From Chthoniobacteraceae bacterium (GTDB taxonomy: Bacteria; Verrucomicrobiota; Verrucomicrobiia; Chthoniobacterales; Chthoniobacteraceae), in NCBI GenBank assembly GCA_031409655.1, contig JANNXQ010000170.1, forward strand, positions 43,150-107,149: a DNA stretch of 64,000 bases, written 5' to 3'. This document shows positions 47,090 to 54,838 of this stretch, one piece after another (the stretch's first letter is position 1; the number at the start of each line of letters is the position of its first letter). Made by a program: the position numbers and the translations under genes. The notes beneath the pieces are model-generated. The model was not told the DNA's origin, did not search any database, and saw only the letters and a program-made list of their open reading frames with translations.

Positions 47090-47124
47090 GTCCCCAGAGA
47101 CGAGTCATTCCGCTGGAGAAAAAG

Positions 47125-47196
47125 TGGGTCGGGCGAGACTCGAACTCGCAACCAACGCCTTAAAAGGGCGCTGCTCTACCATTGAGCTACCGACCC
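47125..47196 (-). tRNA. tRNA-Lys (anticodon TTT), CCA not encoded
   Basis: Minus strand GGGTCGG TA GCTC AATGGTA GAGC A GCGCC CTTTTAA GGCGT TGGTT GCGAG TTCGAGT CTCGC CCGACCC A folds into a full cloverleaf. Confidence 0.96.
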
Positions 47197-47277
47197 GGTC
47201 TACAAAAACGCGGACGGCTGGTTAATTCACGTGCCGGGGTGGCGCAAGGAATTATTCCAGCTAGCCTGCGCGGTTCC

Positions 47278-48387
47278 ATGAGCCTTTCCTCCATTCTTGC
47301 TTCACGCGGCCCTCGCTGGCGGTGGTGGGCGGTGCTGGTTAGCGTAGTGGGGATGGCGGTCGCTTGGGCAGCGATGGGGAGGCGTGCGGTGGATCCGGTG
47401 ATGGGGACGCCGCGGCTGGCGCTGGAGGCGGTCTCGGGGGCGTCGATCTATTTCAATGCGGGCGCGCTGCCTTGGCTGCGGACTTTGCGTCCCGAGTTGG
47501 TGACGGAGGCGACGCGCGATCCGCAGGGTGAGATGGCGCGGAATTTCGCCCGCGCGATGCAACTGCCGAAGTTCTTTCGACAGCTCGATCGCCAGTTGCG
47601 CTTCGATACGCTGCTGCTCGTCGGGAATCCGAGTGAGTATCGCCCCTTGCTCGAGCATCTCGTGGAGGTGAAGGATTTCGCGCCGGTGTATGTCGATCAC
47701 TGGGCGATCATTTTCAAACGCGGCACGTCCCCCGTTTGGGCGCCGGCGCAACTCGATGGATTGCGCGCACGGTTGGCGGGGCTGGCGGCGCGTGATCGGG
47801 CTACGGCGCTGGCGGAGACGGCGGTGCGTTTGGGTTCGTTGCGCAGGGTGGATGAAGCGCGGGGTTTGCTCGATGAGGCGGAGCAGCTCGATGGGCAGTC
47901 GGCGGCGATGTGGAATGCGCGGGCGGTCCTGCATAGCCAGCGGGGCGAGTGGAAGGAGGCGCTGGCGTGTGCGGATCGGGCGCTCGCGGGGAAAATGGAG
48001 CCGCTCGCCGCGCTGGCGACCAAGACGCAGGCGCTCTATGCGATGAAGCAGTTCTCTGCGGCTTACTACTTGTCGTCCTACCTCGTTGAGCGCGTGCCGG
48101 AAGATCCGGGCATCCTTTTCTATCACGCAAAGATCGCCCACGAAGCGCACGCGTATAAAGCCGAGATCGCCGCGCTGGAAAAGCTGATCGCGCAGGCCGC
48201 GGCGGCTCGCTGGCCGACGTCCGGTTACTCGATCTATCTCGGGCAAGCGTATGCGGCGGCGAGCGAGGGCGAGCGGTCGGTGGCGGCGTTTACGAAGGCG
48301 CTCGAGGATGAGGATTTGCCGAAGGAGCAGCGGGATTTTGCGCTGGAAAATATTCGGCGGATCAAGAGCCGCGTGGGGATCGAGTGA
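47278..48387 (+). CDS. Membrane-anchored protein with C-terminal TPR-like helices
   Basis: N-terminal TM segment (WWAVLVSVVGMAVAWA); TPR-like repeats in the C-terminal half. Confidence 0.7.
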   Translation: MSLSSILASRGPRWRWWAVLVSVVGMAVAWAAMGRRAVDPVMGTPRLALEAVSGASIYFNAGALPWLRTLRPELVTEATRDPQGEMARNFARAMQLPKFFRQLDRQLRFDTLLLVGNPSEYRPLLEHLVEVKDFAPVYVDHWAIIFKRGTSPVWAPAQLDGLRARLAGLAARDRATALAETAVRLGSLRRVDEARGLLDEAEQLDGQSAAMWNARAVLHSQRGEWKEALACADRALAGKMEPLAALATKTQALYAMKQFSAAYYLSSYLVERVPEDPGILFYHAKIAHEAHAYKAEIAALEKLIAQAAAARWPTSGYSIYLGQAYAAASEGERSVAAFTKALEDEDLPKEQRDFALENIRRIKSRVGIE

Positions 48388-48393
48388 GCCGGG

Positions 48394-49059
48394 CTACTGC
48401 GGCTCCAGGAGGGCGCGCAGATCATTCTCCGGTCGCTGGAGACGGAAGACTTGGAGGCCGGCGGACTCGGCGCCGCCCCAATCGCAGCGCGGGTCGTCGC
48501 CGACGTGCAGGACGGCGCCGGCGTCGAGTCCGCAGAGATCGAGGGCGTGCTGGAAAATCCACGGGTCGGGTTTGTCGGCACCGACTTCGCTGGAGAGGAC
48601 GATGTGCTGAAAGTCATCCGTGAGGCCAAGGTCGGTGAGGATGGTGCGCAGCCGGGCGTCGAAGTTTGAGACGACGCACAGGGTGTGGCGTGCGGCCAGA
48701 GCGGTGAGCACGTCCCCGATTTCTGGGTAGATCTCCCACACTCCGGGTCGGGTGAACTCATCGTAGAGCTCCGCAAAGTAGGCGTCGCGATCCAGGCGCG
48801 ACGGCGCAACACGCAACGCATCCAAGACAGACCAGACCAATTCCCGCCACCAGCCACGATCGTCGTCGGCGCGCGCCTTCCGGGTGGAAGCGCGGGGAGG
48901 CATCGCTTTCCAGGAGGCGCGAAACGCAGCGGAGAGCGCGGCCTCTTCGAGTTCGCAGCCGTGGCGCCGGGCAACATTCCGATAGTGAAAGCCAACCCCG
49001 CGCGGCAGATGGATGAGCGTTCCTGCGGCGTCGAAGAAAATCGCACGGGGGGCGGTCAC
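48394..49059 (-). CDS. HAD-superfamily hydrolase (subfamily IA)
   Basis: FFDAAGTL, VVSNFD, KPDPWIF, HVGDDPRCDWGGA. Confidence 0.92.
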   Translation of the reverse strand: MTAPRAIFFDAAGTLIHLPRGVGFHYRNVARRHGCELEEAALSAAFRASWKAMPPRASTRKARADDDRGWWRELVWSVLDALRVAPSRLDRDAYFAELYDEFTRPGVWEIYPEIGDVLTALAARHTLCVVSNFDARLRTILTDLGLTDDFQHIVLSSEVGADKPDPWIFQHALDLCGLDAGAVLHVGDDPRCDWGGAESAGLQVFRLQRPENDLRALLEPQ

Positions 49060-49775
49060 TGCTTGCGCGGGCGTTCGCTCTCACCGGTCATCGGAACAAA
49101 CATGACCGGAAGTACCGCGCGCTGCTCGACGGAGCCGCCGCGCTTTTCGAGCACGTGCAGGCGCTGCCCGTTTGCATCACCCACGGGGATGATCATCCGC
49201 CCGCCTTCGCGCAACTGCCGGATGAGTGGCTCGGGGACGTGATCCGGCGCGCAGGTCACGATGACGGCGTCGAAGGGCGCGGCGTCCGGCCAGCCTTGAT
49301 AACCGTCGCCGGCGCGGACGTGGACGTTTGTGAAACCGAGCCGCTCCAGATCCATCGCCGACTGGCGGGCGAGCCGCTCCACGATCTCGATCGAATACAC
49401 CTCGGCGACCAATTTCCCCAACACGGCCGCCTGGTAGCCCGAGCCAGTGCCGATCTCGAGCACGCGATCGGTGGGCTGGAGACGGAGTTGCTCGGTCATG
49501 AAGGCGACGATGTACGGCTGCGAGATCGTCTGGCCGTCGCCGATGGGCAGGGGACGATCTTCGTAAGCGCGTTCGCGCAAATTCGCGGGAACAAACTCGT
49601 GCCGCGGCACGGCGCGCATCGCGGCGAGGACGCGCTCCTCGGCGATCCCGCGGGTGACGAGTTGTTCCTCGATCATCGTGGTGCGGCTCTGCATGGGGTC
49701 AAACGCTCGGGGTGAGTCTCCCCGACCGCACGCGGTGAGAGCGAGGAAGCAGAGAATCAACCCTTCACGTTTCAT
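49056..49775 (-). CDS. pcm: Protein-L-isoaspartate O-methyltransferase
   Basis: AYEDRPLPIGDGQTISQPYIVA, VLEIGTGSGYQAA, GDGYQGWPDAAPFDA, FVPMTG; N-terminus has a lipobox-like LTAC. Confidence 0.93.
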   Translation of the reverse strand: MKREGLILCFLALTACGRGDSPRAFDPMQSRTTMIEEQLVTRGIAEERVLAAMRAVPRHEFVPANLRERAYEDRPLPIGDGQTISQPYIVAFMTEQLRLQPTDRVLEIGTGSGYQAAVLGKLVAEVYSIEIVERLARQSAMDLERLGFTNVHVRAGDGYQGWPDAAPFDAVIVTCAPDHVPEPLIRQLREGGRMIIPVGDANGQRLHVLEKRGGSVEQRAVLPVMFVPMTGESERPRKQ

Positions 49776-49833
49776 TGTTCGCGTTGCACCCTGCGGCCGA
49801 AGTCGAGCGCGCGCAACTTGTGCGAAGGCCCGC

Positions 49834-50688
49834 TCAATCGCGGAAGACCACGGTCTTCTTTCCGTGCATCAGGACGCGATCCGCGAGGTGCCAGCGGACG
49901 CTGCGGGCCAGCGCGAGGCGCTCGCATTCGCGGCCGAGGCGCACGAGTTCCTCCGCGGTGTGGAAGTGCTCCACGCGCACGACTTCCTGATCGACGATCG
50001 GCCCGGCGTCGAGTTCCGCGGTGGCGTAGTGGCAGGTGGCGCCGATCAATTTCACGCCGCGCTCGTAAGCGCGCTGATAGGGATTCGCGCCGACGAAGGA
50101 CGGCAGGAAGGAGTGGTGGATATTCATGATCCGGCCGTGGAATTCTGCGCACAGCTCCGGCGGGACGATCTGCATGAAGCGCGCGAGGACGACGAGGTCC
50201 GCGCCCGCTTCGCGAAAGATGCGCGCCATTTCGGCGAAGGCTGCCGACTTTTCTCCGGGGCTCATGGGGATGTGGCGGAAGGTGAGGCCTTCGCGTTCGA
50301 CCATTTCGCGGAAGTCTTCGTGATTCGAGATCACGCAGGGAATTTCAAAACGGAACTCGCCGGAGCGCCAGCGCCAGAGCAGGTCGGCGAGGCAGTGCCC
50401 GAGCCGACTCACGAGCAGCACGACTTTCATCGGAGCCTCCTCCGCGCGGATGGACCACTCGGCTTGCAGCTCCTCGCCGATCGGCGCGAAGTCCGCGCGG
50501 AGAGCGGGGAGATCGACTTGGAGCGTCGCGGTGTCGATGGCCATGCGGGTGAAAAACCAGCCGGCCTGGGCATCAGTGAACTGGTGGACTTCGAGCAAAT
50601 TTCCGCCGTGCCGGGCGACGAAGCTGGAGACGAGCGAAAGCAGCCCGACGCGGTCGGGGCAACTGAGTTTCAGGAGCGTGGTGGGCAT
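49834..50688 (-). CDS. purU: Formyltetrahydrofolate deformylase
   Basis: ACT domain (SCPDRVG), HCLADLL, LARFMQI, NIHHSFLPSFVGANPY, GVKLIGATCHY, LDAGPI. Confidence 0.95.
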   Translation of the reverse strand: MPTTLLKLSCPDRVGLLSLVSSFVARHGGNLLEVHQFTDAQAGWFFTRMAIDTATLQVDLPALRADFAPIGEELQAEWSIRAEEAPMKVVLLVSRLGHCLADLLWRWRSGEFRFEIPCVISNHEDFREMVEREGLTFRHIPMSPGEKSAAFAEMARIFREAGADLVVLARFMQIVPPELCAEFHGRIMNIHHSFLPSFVGANPYQRAYERGVKLIGATCHYATAELDAGPIVDQEVVRVEHFHTAEELVRLGRECERLALARSVRWHLADRVLMHGKKTVVFRD

Positions 50689-50760
50689 GGCGGGTCAGGG
50701 CAGAGTTGAGTGTTAAGAGCCGTCTTGCGAGCGCGGGATTCGCCACGCAACCTGCGACCC

Positions 50761-52452
50761 ATGACTCCCCCGCGCTGGCTCCTCCCGACTCCGATCGATC
50801 CGGCGCAGACGCGGGTGCTGGTGAAGAAGCTCGGGCTCGCGCGCTTCGCGGCCGAGCTGCTGGTGCGGCGCGGGTTTGGCACGGCGGAGGAGGCGGAGAG
50901 TTTTCTCGATCCGCGACTGCAGACGCTCGGCGATCCTTTTTTGCTGCCGCAAATGGAGGCGGCGGTGACGCGCATCCTCGCAGCGGTCGATGGCGGCGAA
51001 CGCATCGCGCTCTACGGCGACTACGATGTGGATGGCGTGACTTCGCTCGCGCTGCTCTCCCGCGTGCTCGAAGCCTACGGTGCGGCGCCAGCGTGTTTCC
51101 TGCCGACGCGCGGGGATGAAGGTTACGGACTGAGCCTGGACGGAGTGGCGCGGTGTGTCGAGACGCTGCAGCCGCGCCTGCTCATCGCGGTGGATTGCGG
51201 CACGGGATCCGTGGACGAGATCGCGGCGCTCGGGGCGCAGGGGATCGACGTGATCGTGATCGACCATCACGAGTGCAAGGAGACGCTGCCGGCCTGCGTG
51301 GCGCTGGTGAATCCGAAGCTCGGCACCGATTACCAATATCTGTGCAGTGTCGGGCTCGTCTTCAAAGTCGCACACGCGCTGCTCAAGCGGCGAGCGGTGC
51401 CGGGGTTCGACCTCAAGGAATGTCTCGATCTCGTGGCGCTCGGCACGGTTGCGGACCTCGTGCCGATCCGGGATGAAAATCGCGTGGTCGTGAAACGCGG
51501 CCTGGTCCAGCTCGCGCGCTCGAAGTGGCCGGGCGTGCGTGCGCTCATTGAGGTGACGGCGCTGCGTCCGCCGCTCACGCCGGCGAATGTAGGCTTCGGG
51601 CTCGGTCCCCGGCTGAATGCGGCCGGGCGGCTCGGGACGGCGGAGGCGGCGCTGGAGCTTTTGCTCACCCACGACGCGACGCGCGCGACCAGCATCGCCA
51701 CGGCGCTCGATACGCAGAACCGCGAACGGCGCGCCGTGGAGGATGACGTTTTCCGCCAGGCCGAGGCGCAGCTCGCGGAGTGGTTTGATCCGGCGCGCGA
51801 TGCGGGGATCGTCGTCGGTGCGCGCGGCTGGCACACCGGCGTGGTCGGGATCGTGGCGTCGCGATTGCAGAAAAAACATCATCGTCCCACGCTGGTGATT
51901 GGCTTCGATGACGAGGGCGTCGGAAAGGGAAGCGGACGGAGCATCGAAGGCTTCTCGCTCGTCGCGGCGCTCGAGCATTGCACGGAGCTGCTGGAAAAAC
52001 ATGGCGGCCACGAGATGGCGGCCGGGCTCACCTTGCACGAGGCGCGGTTTGTGGAATTGCGCGACGCCTTCCGGGCCTGCGCCCGCGCGCGGCTGAGCGC
52101 CGAGCAGCTCCAGCCGCGCCTCCATCTCGATGCCGAGATCACACTCGGCGAGATCGACTACACGCTGCTCGATCAGCACGAGGCCTTGCAGCCTTTTGGC
52201 ATGGGCAATCCGCAGCCGCTCTTCTGCGCGCGCGGCGTCACTCTCGCCGGCGAGCCGCGCGTGATGAAAGAGAAGCACTACTCTTTCCTGCTCCGCCAGC
52301 AGGGCGACGAATACCGGGCGGTCTGGTTTGGCGGAGTCGCGATCGGGCTGCCGCGGCTGCCGTGGGACATTGCCTTCCACATCGAGCGGAATGAGTGGAA
52401 CGGGTCCGTGAGCCCGCAGATCCAGATCCGGGCGGTGCGCGCGGCGGAGTAA
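50761..52452 (+). CDS. recJ: Single-stranded-DNA exonuclease RecJ
   Basis: YGDYDVDG, VDCG, IDHH, GTVADLVP, PRLNAAGRL, GSGRS, GGHEMAAG, PFGMGNPQP. Confidence 0.96.
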   Translation: MTPPRWLLPTPIDPAQTRVLVKKLGLARFAAELLVRRGFGTAEEAESFLDPRLQTLGDPFLLPQMEAAVTRILAAVDGGERIALYGDYDVDGVTSLALLSRVLEAYGAAPACFLPTRGDEGYGLSLDGVARCVETLQPRLLIAVDCGTGSVDEIAALGAQGIDVIVIDHHECKETLPACVALVNPKLGTDYQYLCSVGLVFKVAHALLKRRAVPGFDLKECLDLVALGTVADLVPIRDENRVVVKRGLVQLARSKWPGVRALIEVTALRPPLTPANVGFGLGPRLNAAGRLGTAEAALELLLTHDATRATSIATALDTQNRERRAVEDDVFRQAEAQLAEWFDPARDAGIVVGARGWHTGVVGIVASRLQKKHHRPTLVIGFDDEGVGKGSGRSIEGFSLVAALEHCTELLEKHGGHEMAAGLTLHEARFVELRDAFRACARARLSAEQLQPRLHLDAEITLGEIDYTLLDQHEALQPFGMGNPQPLFCARGVTLAGEPRVMKEKHYSFLLRQQGDEYRAVWFGGVAIGLPRLPWDIAFHIERNEWNGSVSPQIQIRAVRAAE

Positions 52453-52511
52453 GCGGAGCCGTTGCTTGCGGACTTGCCGCATCCTCCGTGGTTGCCACAA
52501 CATCCACGAAC

Positions 52512-54758
52512 ATGCCGCCGCGCCCTCCTTCCTGTGTCATCGAAAATGTCCGGCCCATCGTCGAGCACGGGCGCTATCCGGTAAAGCGGGTGGTGGGCGA
52601 AGACATCGTCGTGGAGGCCGATGTCTTCAAGGATGGCCACGATGTCGTGAGCGCGGTGCTGAAGTGGCGGAAGCAGGGCGACAGCAAATGGCACGAGACG
52701 CCGATGCAGATCATCGACTCCTTTAACAAGGATCTCTGGCGCGGCGTCTTCACGGTGTTTGAGAATGCGATCCACGAGTTCACCATCGAAGCGTGGGGTG
52801 ACACCTTTCGCTCCTGGCAGCATGAGTTTGAGGTGAAATTTGCGGCGGCGCAGCCGGATCTCGCCAGCGAGCAGATGGAAGGCGCGGCGATCGTGGTGCG
52901 GTCCGCGCAACTCGCGGTGGGGCTCGATCAAAAGCGCGATGCGGAGCGGCTCACGGCCCTGGCGGCAAGGATGCGGACGGGCACGCCGGCGGAAGTACAC
53001 GAGCTGGCGCACGATCACGAGCTGGAGGCGCTGACGACGGCGTATCCCGACCGGCGCGAGCGCGCGGAGTACACGCTCGCGGCGCCGCCGATTCAGGATC
53101 TCGTCGAATTTTCCCCGCCAGTCACCAAGCCGGCGAAGAAGGCGCCTGCGGCGAAGAAGACGAAGGCCGCGCCGAAGAAGAAGGCTGAAGTCGTGGTGGC
53201 TGCGCCGACGCTGGGCCGCGCGGGGATCGCGCCGCGTTATCCGCTGGTCTATGTCGATCGACCGCGCGCGCAGTTTGCGCAGTGGTACGAATTCTTCCCG
53301 CGCTCCGCGGAGGGGCGTGGGGACAAGGGTTCGACGTTTCGCGATTGCCTGGCGCGGATCGACGACGCCAAGGCGATGGGGTTCGACGTGATCTATTTCC
53401 CTCCGATCCATCCCGTGGGCGTCACCGCGCGGAAAGGGCGCAACAACTCCGTGACTTGCGAGCACGGGGAGCCCGGCGTGCCTTACGCGATCGGCAATCG
53501 GCAGCAGCAATGCCCGAACGGCGGGGGGCACAAGGACGTGGCCCCGGAGCTCGGCACGCTCGAAGATTTTGCCTGGCTGGTGGAGGAGATCCACGCGCGC
53601 GGGATGGAGCTGGCGCTGGACTTTGCGCTGAATTGCTCGCCCGATCATCCCTACGTCCACGAGCACCCGGATTGGTTTTACAAGCGCCCGGACGGGACCA
53701 TCAAATACGCGGAGAATCCGCCGAAGAAGTATCAGGACGTCTATCCGCTGAACTATCACAACGACGACTGGCGCACGCTGTGGAGCGAACTCGCGAGCGT
53801 CATCGAGTTTTGGTGCGAGCGCGGCGTGCGCATTTTCCGCGTTGATAATCCGCACACGAAGCCGGTCGCGTTCTGGGAATATCTCATTGGGCGCGTGCAG
53901 CGGCAGTTTCCCGACACCATCTTCCTGAGCGAAGCCTTCACCCGACCGAAGATGATGCGCGTCCTGGCGCAGGCCGGCTACACGCAGAGCTACACCTACT
54001 TCACGTGGCGCAATACGAAGCAGGGGCTCACCGAATACTTCACCGAACTCACGCGCACCGCTTGTGCGGAATACATGCGGCCGAATCTTTTTCCGAACAC
54101 GCCGGACATCCTCCCGAGCTTCCTGCAGTTCGGCGGGCGGCCCGCGTTCCTCATCCGCGCCGTGCTCGCGGCAACGCTTTCGCCGGTCTATGGCATCTAC
54201 TCGGGCTTCGAGCTGGGCGAAAATTTGGGGCTCGAAAAGAAGCCCTTCCCTGCGGCGGGCGATGTGCGCCAGTTCCTGCACCTCTGCGACCACGACTACA
54301 AGCAACTCGCCCGCGAGGAGTACCTCGACTCGGAGAAGTATCAGTGGAAAGAGCGCGACTGGGACGCGCCGGGGAACATCAAGGAAACGATCACGCGCCT
54401 GAACCGCATCCGGCGCGAAAACCGCGCACTGCAACAGCTCCGCAACCTGCGCTTTCACCAAGCCGAGAACGACCTCGTGCTCTACTACACGAAGATGACC
54501 GAGGCGCGGGACAATCTGCTGCTCATCGTCGTCTCGCTTGATCCCTTCCATCCGCAGGATGCCTTCCTACATATCCCGGTCGAGCAGTTCGGCTGGCTCG
54601 AGGGGCAGACTTATCAAGTGCATGATCTCCTGAGCGACGAGCGCTATCTGTGGAGCGGCTGGCGCAATTTTGTGCGGCTCACGCCGGAGCGGCCGGCGCA
54701 CATCTTCCGCGTGCGGCGGCGCACCCATGCCGAGCGGGACTTCGAGCAATATCTGTGA
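52512..54758 (+). CDS. glgE: Alpha-1,4-glucan:maltose-1-phosphate maltosyltransferase
   Basis: WYEFFPRS, FPPIHPVG, YAENPPKKYQD, FRVDNPHTKP, FLSEAFTRP, QSYTYFTWRN, PNTPDILP, EEYLDSEKY. Confidence 0.95.
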   Translation: MPPRPPSCVIENVRPIVEHGRYPVKRVVGEDIVVEADVFKDGHDVVSAVLKWRKQGDSKWHETPMQIIDSFNKDLWRGVFTVFENAIHEFTIEAWGDTFRSWQHEFEVKFAAAQPDLASEQMEGAAIVVRSAQLAVGLDQKRDAERLTALAARMRTGTPAEVHELAHDHELEALTTAYPDRRERAEYTLAAPPIQDLVEFSPPVTKPAKKAPAAKKTKAAPKKKAEVVVAAPTLGRAGIAPRYPLVYVDRPRAQFAQWYEFFPRSAEGRGDKGSTFRDCLARIDDAKAMGFDVIYFPPIHPVGVTARKGRNNSVTCEHGEPGVPYAIGNRQQQCPNGGGHKDVAPELGTLEDFAWLVEEIHARGMELALDFALNCSPDHPYVHEHPDWFYKRPDGTIKYAENPPKKYQDVYPLNYHNDDWRTLWSELASVIEFWCERGVRIFRVDNPHTKPVAFWEYLIGRVQRQFPDTIFLSEAFTRPKMMRVLAQAGYTQSYTYFTWRNTKQGLTEYFTELTRTACAEYMRPNLFPNTPDILPSFLQFGGRPAFLIRAVLAATLSPVYGIYSGFELGENLGLEKKPFPAAGDVRQFLHLCDHDYKQLAREEYLDSEKYQWKERDWDAPGNIKETITRLNRIRRENRALQQLRNLRFHQAENDLVLYYTKMTEARDNLLLIVVSLDPFHPQDAFLHIPVEQFGWLEGQTYQVHDLLSDERYLWSGWRNFVRLTPERPAHIFRVRRRTHAERDFEQYL

Positions 54759-54838
54759 GCGAGACTCGGTCCGCCGAAGTGCGGAAAAACACGGGACAGG
54801 CGCGCGCCGGCTCCTTATGGTCGCGATCGGTTTGTCCC

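Noticed and set aside
47090..47277. tRNA-Lys as an integration site
   Set aside because: No integrase, no duplicated tRNA 3' end seen, and ordinary flanking genes.
50713..54551. 596-aa and 757-aa minus-strand ORFs
   Set aside because: Antisense shadows of recJ and glgE.
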